Of a DNA stretch of 64,000 nucleotides, positions 28,557-37,778 are shown piece by piece. Source of the DNA: a virus (Duplodnaviria; Caudoviricetes); the IMG/VR virus record IMGVR_UViG_2926493430_000001, positions 3,023 to 67,022 of that record; one strand, written 5' to 3'. Under the pieces are notes generated by a model. The model was not told the DNA's origin. It was given only the letters and a program-made list of their open reading frames with translations, and searched no databases. Every line of letters starts with the position of its first letter. The stretch's first letter is position 1. The position numbers were made by a program, and so were the translations under genes.

Positions 28557-29711
28557 TCATTCCACCTTTTCAATTGCTGTAATTCTTCCACTGCTATCTG
28601 TCGTGTAATTATAGCTTGCCGTTTCTCCATCCACATACGTCACTTCAAACCTTGTAGTATCTACCATTAGTGTGGAGACTTCCTTCAACAACAATTCTGA
28701 AAAAATATCCTCTAAGGTAATACTTGTGATTCTACCGTTCGTATCTGTTGTGTAGGAATATTGTGCATGATATTGATGGGTATCCCCTTTTTCTACTTCA
28801 TATGTGACGTTAATAAAGCCCGCATCAATGGAGAGTTCCTTTACAACCGTGTACGAAACTTCCAGCTGATCGACTTGATATTGCAGTCCATCTACAGAAT
28901 TCCCAACTTGATTCAATGAGCTCTCCACGGTGTTTAACGAATTTTCTATTCGATAAAACGTATTTGAAATGCTCGGCCTGTAGTTTCCCACCTCCACTCG
29001 GATATCATAGCGATAAAAGGGATTGTATTCTAAAGAAATAATCCTCGTTTTCACATCAATTCCTAAAGGTTTAAAAACAATGTGCACATGATCGCCGACT
29101 GATAAATTTTGCAGCTTAAAAAAGGAAATATGGTACGAAGAAGCATTTTCTCTAGAGTCATGAGAAACAGAAACATCCGTCACATTTTTTGTATCCATTA
29201 CAGGTATATAATCCAGGCTGCCACGGTGTTGTCGAATATTGATCTGGTAGCCATCGTATTCGATTTCACCACCGACAATCGCAATATACTGCATGAGAGC
29301 CGCTCTCCTTGTGACCTCCTGGTTAATCTTCATCGTACAGCTTTCTGTAAATTCAACCATTCCAGCTGAAAAAGGCGTCCCCATAAGGAGCTGATTCAAA
29401 CCAGTTGCCGGGTCACCTGTAAAATCAAAAGTATCTATTTTATATATCTCATCATTCAAAATGTATGACACATGTTCACATGTCACCGAACAAATAGGTA
29501 AGCTGCTCTGAAGCGATTTATTGATTTGAACAATTTCAAAATATTGATTGTTTAGCTTGGCCAGCTGCTTTGTTTTTAGAGCGAGGGCAGACTTGGCCAG
29601 AACAGTAAAGGATAGAATAAATTCGCCTTCAAGTGTTTCTCTGACATTCGCTGTCATGACCTTACGAATTGTTTGAATGAGCGTGTTCCCCGCATAAATT
29701 TCAATCACCAA
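28557..29711 (-). CDS. Tail tip / baseplate hub protein (prophage tail-endopeptidase-like)
   Basis: Follows the tape measure gene; CEHVSY, GGEIEYDG motifs; coiled-coil C-terminal part. Confidence 0.75.
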   Translation of the reverse strand: MVIEIYAGNTLIQTIRKVMTANVRETLEGEFILSFTVLAKSALALKTKQLAKLNNQYFEIVQINKSLQSSLPICSVTCEHVSYILNDEIYKIDTFDFTGDPATGLNQLLMGTPFSAGMVEFTESCTMKINQEVTRRAALMQYIAIVGGEIEYDGYQINIRQHRGSLDYIPVMDTKNVTDVSVSHDSRENASSYHISFFKLQNLSVGDHVHIVFKPLGIDVKTRIISLEYNPFYRYDIRVEVGNYRPSISNTFYRIENSLNTVESSLNQVGNSVDGLQYQVDQLEVSYTVVKELSIDAGFINVTYEVEKGDTHQYHAQYSYTTDTNGRITSITLEDIFSELLLKEVSTLMVDTTRFEVTYVDGETASYNYTTDSSGRITAIEKVE

Positions 29712-29723
29712 TCTGCCCTCCTT

Positions 29724-32324
29724 TTACGAGCCAGCGATTCCTAAATTTCTAACAGTGACCGTGTTCTGATTCCATTGAAGCTGTGCAATAATTCGAGTTA
29801 ACACATTTCCATCGATGGTCAAGGGAATCGTAACATCAAATGCAGCAGCGCTATTTCCACCCTCTACACCACTCACCACACTATTCATGTCTAGGTTAAA
29901 ATCGGTCGGAATCGCTCCCTCCATATCCTTTTCGACATTTCGCATAGCGTCTGTAAACCCTACACCAATTCCTGCCCCCATGTTCTCACCAATTCCTGCA
30001 AATACTCTTGAAGGAGAGTGGATTCCGAGGATACCTTTGACACTACTCACAATGCCACCAACAAAGTTGCTAACCTTTTCTTTGATCCACCCAACCATCG
30101 AAGCAATTCCATTCCAAAGACCTCGGACAATGTTTACTCCAACCTGTCCAATTGAAACGGCGGCCTTTCCGATTCCAACTAGAATGGCAGAAACAATAGC
30201 TGGTAATTGCGCCACTAGTTGAGGAATAGCCCGAATAAGTCCTGCTGCTAATTGAATAATAAGTTTAATCCCCATTTCGACAATTTTTGGTAGATTGGCT
30301 GTAATAAAATTGATAATCGTTGATATCAAAGTTGGCAAAGCTTCGATTAATCTAGGTAAAGCATTAATTAGCCCTACCGCTAGTCCTTCAATAATTTTAA
30401 AAGCCGCCTCTAAAACCTTATCGAGGTTATTCAGGATGGTTTCTACAATTAAAAGAATGGCTGCAACAATAGAAGGAATGAGATTCGGTAAAGCTTCTCC
30501 AATTCCAGTCGCAAGCGTAATAATCATGGTTAAAGCTGCTTCAACCAAGGCTGGCAAGTTAGCAAGAATTCCTTCTACTAATGACAAAACGAGGTATAAT
30601 GCCCCCTCTGTTATCTGAGGAAGTGCTTCGATAATCCCTTGAAGCAATGTCGTGACAATTTGCATAGCTGAATCGATAATGGTGGGAAGATTATCAATAA
30701 TCGCTCCCGCAATCGACATGATAATTTGAAGCCCTAATGTCACCAACTGTGGAAGCTGTGAAGCGATTAAATCGGTTATTCCCCTCACGGTTTCACCAAT
30801 AACCTCTGAAATTTTACTGAAATCCCCTTCCGCTGCATTGATACCATTCGTAAGATTCGAAAATAAGTCCGTTATCCCTGATGACACTTCACTGACAGCA
30901 GGTAAAAACACCCCTTGTAAGGAACGCTTCACCCCTTCAAGCCCCTCGGTTAGGTTGTCATATTTCACTTCTTTGATTTGATTCAATGCATCCCCACTTG
31001 CAATAGTGCTATCTTTGATGCCTGCAAGAACAGGTAGTACATTGGCCTCCAAATCTTCAAACTGCGTACCGAATAGCTGAACACCAATCGTATTTTTGAG
31101 GAGCGGATCTTCAATTTCCTGTAGCTTTTCAACCACAGTGAAAAAAGCAGCATTCGCGGTCTCTCCACCTTCAGCAAACTTGCTCATCATCTCTTCTGCA
31201 TTGAGCCCCAAAGCCGTGAAGGCTTCTATACTCGTTTTACTTCCGTCTTTGGCTCGGATATTAAATTCCTTTACCGCATCCCCGACCTTATCAATACTAA
31301 ATGCTCCACTTTCAGCGCCAGCAACTAAACTAGCAATAAACTCATCGGCACTTAACCCGAGTGATGCATATTGAACGGAGTATTCGTTCAAGGTATCTAA
31401 CAGGTCGCCATTTTTGTCGGCCCCATTTTGAGCACCAGTTGCAATAATGTTGTAAGCTTCATCGGCGGAAATCCCAAAGTTTTTCATAAGAGCACCTGCA
31501 GCTCTGGCTGATTCTTGCATATCAAAGCCAAAAGTATCCCGCAAAGCAAAACCGGACTCAGTGGCTTTTTCTAACTCTTCACCCATGAGTCCGGTTATCT
31601 TTTGTACTTCAGAAATTCCAATAGCCACATCCTCCAAGTTGTCACCAAAATTGTGCTTGTACACGTTTTGAGCAACCTTACCTAATTCCTCAAGCTCTGC
31701 CCCGGTAGCACCTGTGGAGGCGGAGATCTGATTGACCGCCATATTGTACTCATCACCAAGTTTAATCAGGCTTGCACCAGCAGCAACTGCGGCAGTACCA
31801 ATGGCGGCTACGGCTGCCCCAATCGTTACCCCAATTCCTTTTAAAACACCGCCCAACTTTTCAAAACGACCAGAGGCATTCTCTGTTTGGTCGGCGGCAT
31901 TTTGTACCTCATCCGCAAACTGCTCTGCCTCATCTTCAGCCTCATTAAACCCCTCGTTCAGCGTTTGAATGGCTTGGTTATTATTATCAAGCTCCTTCTC
32001 CATCTTCATTAATTCGGATTTCGCATTATTCAGCTGAATCTGCCAGTTTTGTGTTCGTCTGTCCGTTTCTCCAAATGATTCAGCAGCATTTCTAAGAGCA
32101 GCTTCTAATGTTTCGATTTTTTCTTTCTGAGCATCTACGGACTTGTTCAGCACTCCGTTTCTAGTAGTCAAAGCTTCAAGAGATTGATCTTGCTTATCAA
32201 ATTGAGCGGCAACAAGATTCATTTCACTGCCTAGCACCTTGAAATTCCGGTTGATATCCCTCAACGCATTTTTAAAATCTTTCTCCCCTTCAACACCGAT
32301 CCGAAGCCCGAAATTATCTGCCAC
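29724..32324 (-). CDS. Tail tape measure protein
   Basis: Coiled-coil N-terminus, DKVGDAVKEFNIR, amphipathic repeats, GIHSPSRVF; GGAGGTGG before GTG 32324. Confidence 0.93.
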   Translation of the reverse strand: MADNFGLRIGVEGEKDFKNALRDINRNFKVLGSEMNLVAAQFDKQDQSLEALTTRNGVLNKSVDAQKEKIETLEAALRNAAESFGETDRRTQNWQIQLNNAKSELMKMEKELDNNNQAIQTLNEGFNEAEDEAEQFADEVQNAADQTENASGRFEKLGGVLKGIGVTIGAAVAAIGTAAVAAGASLIKLGDEYNMAVNQISASTGATGAELEELGKVAQNVYKHNFGDNLEDVAIGISEVQKITGLMGEELEKATESGFALRDTFGFDMQESARAAGALMKNFGISADEAYNIIATGAQNGADKNGDLLDTLNEYSVQYASLGLSADEFIASLVAGAESGAFSIDKVGDAVKEFNIRAKDGSKTSIEAFTALGLNAEEMMSKFAEGGETANAAFFTVVEKLQEIEDPLLKNTIGVQLFGTQFEDLEANVLPVLAGIKDSTIASGDALNQIKEVKYDNLTEGLEGVKRSLQGVFLPAVSEVSSGITDLFSNLTNGINAAEGDFSKISEVIGETVRGITDLIASQLPQLVTLGLQIIMSIAGAIIDNLPTIIDSAMQIVTTLLQGIIEALPQITEGALYLVLSLVEGILANLPALVEAALTMIITLATGIGEALPNLIPSIVAAILLIVETILNNLDKVLEAAFKIIEGLAVGLINALPRLIEALPTLISTIINFITANLPKIVEMGIKLIIQLAAGLIRAIPQLVAQLPAIVSAILVGIGKAAVSIGQVGVNIVRGLWNGIASMVGWIKEKVSNFVGGIVSSVKGILGIHSPSRVFAGIGENMGAGIGVGFTDAMRNVEKDMEGAIPTDFNLDMNSVVSGVEGGNSAAAFDVTIPLTIDGNVLTRIIAQLQWNQNTVTVRNLGIAGS

Positions 32325-32391
32325 GACTCCACCTCCTCTCTTTTTGGGCATAAAAAAAAGAAACCCTAAATTATAATGGGTTCCATTAGTA

Positions 32392-32586
32392 CTACTTACC
32401 TTTTCTTGAGTTTAGTACTCTTTCTGCATTAATAATTCTTTCTGACTTACTAAGTTTCAAATCATTAGGAACATTTGTATGTCTAATCTTAGTACGTGGA
32501 GATGATATGAGCTTTTTAGCCGCTTCTTCATCTAAAGTAAATTGTCCAAAAAATGATTCTTGAGGCATTTTAATCCCTTCCTTCAT
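32392..32586 (-). CDS. Small inserted (moron-like) protein
   Basis: 64-aa AT-rich ORF between chaperone and tape measure genes, flanked by hairpins. Confidence 0.55.
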   Translation of the reverse strand: MKEGIKMPQESFFGQFTLDEEAAKKLISSPRTKIRHTNVPNDLKLSKSERIINAERVLNSRKGK

Positions 32587-32693
32587 TTTTTGATAACAGT
32601 ATAACTCTAGAAGGAAACTTACCTCAACAGGTATTGCATCTTTAATTTGCTTTCATGCTTTAATGGCTTTTGATTTGAGCATGAATGCAAAAG

Positions 32694-32903
32694 TTAAATC
32701 CCCACCGGAATCACATCATCAATGAAGATTTCCTGCTTTGGTTTGGTTATTCCTGTAAACTGCTTATGGCATTCCCATAAATCCAATAAATACCCCATGG
32801 GCATAAGCCACACTTCTTCTTCACACCTGTTTAATTGGGCAGTTCCATAATAAATAAGTCGGATAAACAATTCATCATCGCTTACCCGACTTCCACGTTT
32901 TTT
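32694..32903 (-). CDS. Tail assembly chaperone -1 frameshift extension (gpGT-like)
   Basis: Slippery A AAA AAC at 32903-32897; the -1 frame is open for 68 codons (RGSRVSDDELFIRLIYYG...IPVGI). Confidence 0.8.
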   Translation of the reverse strand, partial: KKRGSRVSDDELFIRLIYYGTAQLNRCEEEVWLMPMGYLLDLWECHKQFTGITKPKQEIFIDDVIPVGI

Positions 32904-33307
32904 GATGGCTCACTCTCAATATGTCGTTTAGTTCCTTTCAACATGCTGGCCATGATCGCATTTTTGTACTCTGCCAACTCAAAAGGAGTGGTCAATAATT
33001 CCACATCCTCCTCTGTCAGCAGCTCTTTCTTCGCATCTTTATTTCGTAAATTATGAATGAGAATCGACTGATTTGCTAATAAGGTTATGAGCCAGACGAT
33101 TTCATCTAGTGCAAGTTCAAAGTCTTTCGTGTTCATCAGCTTGGCACCAAGATTCTCAAGGCCACCATAGCGTTTCGCGATTTCTTTCGTGGCCTTTGTG
33201 GTTAAAATCAATTTATATTCCGTACCACCAATATCAATTACAGCACTTCTTTCTTCTGCTGCAAAATCAATATCTAATGGTGCCGTCTCTACAGTTTTAT
33301 TACTCAC
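32882..33307 (-). CDS. Tail assembly chaperone (gpG-like)
   Basis: Position between major tail and tape measure genes; slippery site at the 3' end. Confidence 0.85.
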   Translation of the reverse strand: MSNKTVETAPLDIDFAAEERSAVIDIGGTEYKLILTTKATKEIAKRYGGLENLGAKLMNTKDFELALDEIVWLITLLANQSILIHNLRNKDAKKELLTEEDVELLTTPFELAEYKNAIMASMLKGTKRHIESEPSKNVEVG

Positions 33308-33327
33308 TTTTCATCATCCTTTCCAGC

Positions 33328-34209
33328 CTATGATACCGTCACGGTCGCTACAGTCGTGGTAACACTATTAGCACCAACAGAACTTAACACGCAGTAATAA
33401 TAATAAGTTCCTGCTGTAAGATCAGTTGGGATGTCAAAGCTGGCTGATGTTTCCCCATTGATAATGGTTCCACCGACTGTACTATCCACCGAGTTTTCAT
33501 ACCACTGATACGTGATTGGATTGCTGGTGTTAGTCGTTGCAACCACCGATAAACTACCAGAAATACTTCCTGCCACCACTTCCGTTAAATCAGCTGGCTG
33601 AGTTGTAATGGTGATGGTTGGCGTTACGGGTGAAAAATCCGGCTCGTAAACGGTGGAAAACCAATTTGTAATGGTTTCTTGAGATACGCCATTATCCCCT
33701 TCCGTCACTTCTGCCTTCCAAGGATGCTTGTTTTCTGCATCCAGTTTGTTTCGTCTAAAAACCGTTCCTTCTATGGTGGGACTACTAAAGGTAATCGATT
33801 CACCTTTGGTCGCAAGGGAAGTTGTAGGAATGCTAAAGATAACGCGATACAGCCAAAAATATCGATACTTTCCGTTTGATTTCTTTGCACGAAACCCAAC
33901 TGCGACAGGCTTTCCACCATCCTCACTCCTCGATATCACGACATTATTACTATCAATTTTGCTACCTGTTAAATCCTGGGCTACCAGCGGGCCAATATCA
34001 TCAATTCCAAGAGTTAACGTGCCGCTATTAAACTCTTTCACTACTTCTGCTGCCCCGTCATCCGCATACAGAATGGCTTCCATCAGCTCGACACTAAGTT
34101 CGGCAGTCATGGCTTTTGCCAAGATCTTAGGCGTTCCATAAGTTTCATCACCATTCTCATCTTCCGTGATGTTGGCATAAAACAATCGATCCAATCCTAT
34201 CGTTGCCAT
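33328..34209 (-). CDS. Major tail protein with C-terminal Ig-like domain
   Basis: MATIGLDRL, LYADDG, VAVGFRAKKSNGKYRYFWLY; C-terminal ITTQP...YQWY...YYYC. Confidence 0.92.
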   Translation of the reverse strand: MATIGLDRLFYANITEDENGDETYGTPKILAKAMTAELSVELMEAILYADDGAAEVVKEFNSGTLTLGIDDIGPLVAQDLTGSKIDSNNVVISRSEDGGKPVAVGFRAKKSNGKYRYFWLYRVIFSIPTTSLATKGESITFSSPTIEGTVFRRNKLDAENKHPWKAEVTEGDNGVSQETITNWFSTVYEPDFSPVTPTITITTQPADLTEVVAGSISGSLSVVATTNTSNPITYQWYENSVDSTVGGTIINGETSASFDIPTDLTAGTYYYYCVLSSVGANSVTTTVATVTVS

Positions 34210-34554
34210 TTACTCATCCTCCATTTCATATTCTTTCAAAACATCTATTGCATAATGATGGTACTTCGTATCATGTTCAAACCCGATATATTGCCGGTCT
34301 GTGATAGTCATGCCTCCAGCTAGAAATACCTTTGTTAATTGTTTTTTCAATGCCTGGTAATTTCTTTTCGTAAAAAGTGAAAGTCTTGCTTCCTCAATAA
34401 TGTTATGGGCCTGGTTGTCCGCGTAAAAATCCAATCGATCTGACATAGGAGTAATGACGATATATTCATCAGGAGGCTTTCCCGAAAAAACACCTGTTTC
34501 AATTGGAATGCCCACAGGTTCTAGCAGGTCCATGATGTCTTTTAAAAGACTCAT
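34210..34554 (-). CDS. Tail terminator / head-tail protein
   Basis: Position and size in the neck module. Confidence 0.7.
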   Translation of the reverse strand: MSLLKDIMDLLEPVGIPIETGVFSGKPPDEYIVITPMSDRLDFYADNQAHNIIEEARLSLFTKRNYQALKKQLTKVFLAGGMTITDRQYIGFEHDTKYHHYAIDVLKEYEMEDE

Positions 34555-34985
34555 AGTTTTTCAATCTCCTTCTCCAGCGCCTTTTCCATCGCTTCAACAC
34601 AAGCTTTTCTTGTTGCTGATTTGGTTGGTTTTAACCAAGGCCTAGGAGGCTGTCCTGATTTTCCATACTCGAGTACGGCCGCCTTCAAGGCATTGGATAC
34701 TCCTTTGCTGTCTTTTGTTGTCGGGACTCCTACTCGCAAATTCCAGTCTCCGTTTGCATTTTGCGTAGGCCTTGTCGTTTCAAGAGAGGCTAACAATTCA
34801 CCAGTGGATTGAGAAGACTCTTTTGTTCCTTGTCCAATTCTAGCAGCTAAGTTTGTTTTTGCTTTCTGAATAACGGGCTCAGCCCCTTTTTCTAACACTC
34901 TTGGAACGATTTCATCAAAGCGATTGTTTAACTTGGAGATTCTTTCTAAAAACGCATCCGGCATTTTCACTGCTGCTCTTGCCAT
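34551..34985 (-). CDS. HK97 gp10-like neck protein
   Basis: LEYGKSGQPPRPWLKP motif. Confidence 0.85.
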   Translation of the reverse strand: MARAAVKMPDAFLERISKLNNRFDEIVPRVLEKGAEPVIQKAKTNLAARIGQGTKESSQSTGELLASLETTRPTQNANGDWNLRVGVPTTKDSKGVSNALKAAVLEYGKSGQPPRPWLKPTKSATRKACVEAMEKALEKEIEKL

Positions 34986-34989
34986 CCCA

Positions 34990-35325
34990 TCACCCCTTCG
35001 ATCCAGTTACTTTTTCAGCTAGTACCTCCACATATATGCCCCGCCCTTTGATATCCTCAACACTTAAAATGTTATAGCGTTCATCTTTGCAAACAATGAT
35101 GAATTCAGTCGTAATATTGATGCCTCTAGGTTTTCTAAAACGAAAAAGAGAACTAGCCTCACTAAAGCTAGCCCTATTCTTCCACGCTTCACTTCCATGG
35201 CGATTTTCCTTATAAGCTCTCATAGATGTGACAAGCAGGTCTTGTTTGGATACAAACCCTTCTTCATCCCTGATGGATACATTCTCATATATTTCTATAA
35301 AGCTATTCATTTTCCCAAAGCTCAT
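34990..35325 (-). CDS. Head-tail adaptor (head closure) protein
   Basis: RYNILSVEDIKGRG motif; position. Confidence 0.8.
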   Translation of the reverse strand: MSFGKMNSFIEIYENVSIRDEEGFVSKQDLLVTSMRAYKENRHGSEAWKNRASFSEASSLFRFRKPRGINITTEFIIVCKDERYNILSVEDIKGRGIYVEVLAEKVTGSKG

Positions 35326-35636
35326 ATGATCACGTCCCTATTAAGGCGGAGAAGCGTATTAACCACATTCCAAACTTGCTTACTCGCTTCCACATTATCC
35401 GCAAAAAAGCCGCCCGTGCTCCCATCCCGACTCTCATAAAAGTGGGAAGATAGCATGATGACGGCTTGTTCGGTCGTTGGACTCATTGGGTTTTCCGCAT
35501 AAAAGCCCTCTGGTTTCTTTTGATAACTCTCCGCATAGGAAACAGCGGCGGTGATGAAGCTGTTAAGCAGAGTATCATCTTCGTTATGTTCTATGATCAG
35601 ATTTTGTTTCACTTTTGAGAGTAAGTTCTCCATCAC
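35322..35636 (-). CDS. Head-tail connector (gp6-like)
   Basis: VKQNLIIEHNEDD...AVIMLSSHFYESR. Confidence 0.88.
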   Translation of the reverse strand: MMENLLSKVKQNLIIEHNEDDTLLNSFITAAVSYAESYQKKPEGFYAENPMSPTTEQAVIMLSSHFYESRDGSTGGFFADNVEASKQVWNVVNTLLRLNRDVII

Positions 35637-35646
35637 CGCTTACCTC

Positions 35647-35868
35647 CTATTGTGAATTCATTAAACCGGCAGCTTTTAACTTGGCTAATAGTGCATTAAA
35701 ATCCACCACTAGCCCAGCGACATCCACCGCTGTACTATCCGCTTGGTTATCGGCTGGTTGGACTTCTGTACCTCCAAACAACAACTTGCCTTCAGAAGTA
35801 ATTTCTAAAGTGCCTCCAATAACAGTCCTCTCGCCGCCTTGCTCAGTATAGTTTTTTACATTACTCAT
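35647..35868 (-). CDS. Head fiber / decoration protein
   Basis: FNALLAKLKAAGLM motif directly after the capsid gene. Confidence 0.7.
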   Translation of the reverse strand: MSNVKNYTEQGGERTVIGGTLEITSEGKLLFGGTEVQPADNQADSTAVDVAGLVVDFNALLAKLKAAGLMNSQ

Positions 35869-35878
35869 TAAGCCTCAC

Positions 35879-37072
35879 CTACGCTTTCTGCTGAAGTACT
35901 TTAATTGCTTCAGGAAGAATTAACTTTCCATCTACCCGCTGCGATGCCTTAAACCCTACTTGTCCTGTTGCGGCATATAGTTCATTCAATCGTTGGAAAG
36001 AACGACCTTGGCGGTCAGCTACCCAGTAATACCCGAAGTCACCAAAAGCGATCGTCTTGGCTCCTGCAGCAACCGTTGGGACGTAAGCGGAAGTTTTCAC
36101 CGGACGATTTAAAATCGTGTCTGGTTGTCCTGCCTGGATAGATGGTTGCCAGAGATATTGGCCATTGCCGTCTTTTAGCTTACGAATGAGTTTGATTGTG
36201 GCATCGTTCATAACAAAGATTGCCTTTTTACGATATGGCGATTTTAATGAATAGAATAAATCCATGATCTCATCCACAGTAATAGCAGTTGCTGATGCGG
36301 CTGTGATTCCAAGTTCAGCTCCACCGGTTGCATTAAAAATGCCAGTCGGCTTTCCGGTACCATCTCCCACGAAGAATGCTTCCTCTTCCTTGGCACCAAT
36401 CCGTCTAGCAAATTCTTTTGCGATATAGGCTTCTAAATTAAAAACACTGTCGTTTAATAACTCTTCTGATACTTTAATCATTGTAGCTAACTTGTAAGCT
36501 CCAATGGAAACTTGACCAAAGCTGTCATCTGACTCAGGAATTAAACCTTCTTCATCCACCCATGATGCTGTTCCTTTGGATGCCACAACTGGAATTTTAC
36601 GATCACCTGATGAAGTGGTGATGACCTTGGCTAAGGAACGGAAGATATTTTCCTCTTCTAGAGCTTCAATAAGCGTTCTTTCAAATTCATCAGGAGCAAG
36701 GTAACCTCCTTCAGAATCTGTTCCAATTTTTAAGGAGTTTTGTACGTCAAAACTGCTTTTGTTTCTCATCGCCTTCCAGAATGAATCTCTGTATTCATCA
36801 GTTGATCGTCCTGTTTTTTGCCCCTCAGTTCCTGTGGGTTTTGAGGTGATCGGATTGTTTAAAGGTTTGGATAGCTCCAGGTCAATGGCTTGTTGTCGTT
36901 CAAGACGGTCGATTTCTTTTCCGAGATTCACAACCTCCGCTTCCATCCTTTCATAAGTGTTCGTATCTTCTGCTGAAAGAATGCCATCTTCTCCTCTTTT
37001 TGAATCAAGAAATGCCTTGGCTGCTTCCCATGCCTTTGCTCGTTTTTCACGAAGTTCTAAAACTTTACTCAT
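35879..37072 (-). CDS. Major capsid protein (HK97 fold, with N-terminal scaffold/delta region)
   Basis: Coiled-coil N-terminus, GGYLAPDEF, KDGNGQYLWQ, FGDF. Confidence 0.95.
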   Translation of the reverse strand: MSKVLELREKRAKAWEAAKAFLDSKRGEDGILSAEDTNTYERMEAEVVNLGKEIDRLERQQAIDLELSKPLNNPITSKPTGTEGQKTGRSTDEYRDSFWKAMRNKSSFDVQNSLKIGTDSEGGYLAPDEFERTLIEALEEENIFRSLAKVITTSSGDRKIPVVASKGTASWVDEEGLIPESDDSFGQVSIGAYKLATMIKVSEELLNDSVFNLEAYIAKEFARRIGAKEEEAFFVGDGTGKPTGIFNATGGAELGITAASATAITVDEIMDLFYSLKSPYRKKAIFVMNDATIKLIRKLKDGNGQYLWQPSIQAGQPDTILNRPVKTSAYVPTVAAGAKTIAFGDFGYYWVADRQGRSFQRLNELYAATGQVGFKASQRVDGKLILPEAIKVLQQKA

Positions 37073-37088
37073 ATTGTTTGTCTCCTCC

Positions 37089-37775
37089 TTAAAATTTCAA
37101 GAGTTCTAGTCTCTTGTCCAAAATACTGATATCTGTGCCTGTTTTCTTTTCCCTTTGCGGTAACTTGTGCAGGAATGAATTGACGACAGCCATTTGGCTA
37201 TAAATCATTCCTTCCTCTGGTGAGGTTTCTTCACTTTCATTTTGAAACATGATGCCATCGGCGAATCCAAGTTCGACTGCCTTTTTGGAGTTAAACCAGC
37301 TCTCCGCATCCATCATGTGCGAGAGTTTTATCCTCGAAAGACCGGTTTTTAATTCATAAGCATTGATAATGCTCTCTTTTACCTCACTCAACATCTGGAT
37401 CGCTTTCTTCATTTCAGCTGTATCCCCAAAGGCGATGGTCATCGGATTATGAATCATCATCATGGAGACTGGCGACATGAAAACCTCACTACCCGCCATC
37501 GCAATAACGGAGGCAGCACTTGCCGCAATTCCATCAATTTTTACTGTTACTTGGCCTTTGTAATCCATCAGCATGTTGTAAATTTGACTGGCTGCAAACA
37601 CATCACCTCCAGGCGAATTAATCCAGATGGTGATATCGCCACCCTCATTCATTAGTTCTGACTTAAACTGTCTCGGTGTGACTTCATCACCAAACCACGA
37701 TTCTTCAGCAATGACGCCATCAAGATAAAGGGTCCTGCCCTCTTCGTTCTTGACCCAATTCCAAAACTTCTTCAA
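37089..37775 (-). CDS. ClpP-type prohead protease
   Basis: INSPGGDV, AASAASVI, MMIHNP. Confidence 0.93.
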   Translation of the reverse strand: MKKFWNWVKNEEGRTLYLDGVIAEESWFGDEVTPRQFKSELMNEGGDITIWINSPGGDVFAASQIYNMLMDYKGQVTVKIDGIAASAASVIAMAGSEVFMSPVSMMMIHNPMTIAFGDTAEMKKAIQMLSEVKESIINAYELKTGLSRIKLSHMMDAESWFNSKKAVELGFADGIMFQNESEETSPEEGMIYSQMAVVNSFLHKLPQREKKTGTDISILDKRLELLKF

Positions 37776-37778
37776 GGT

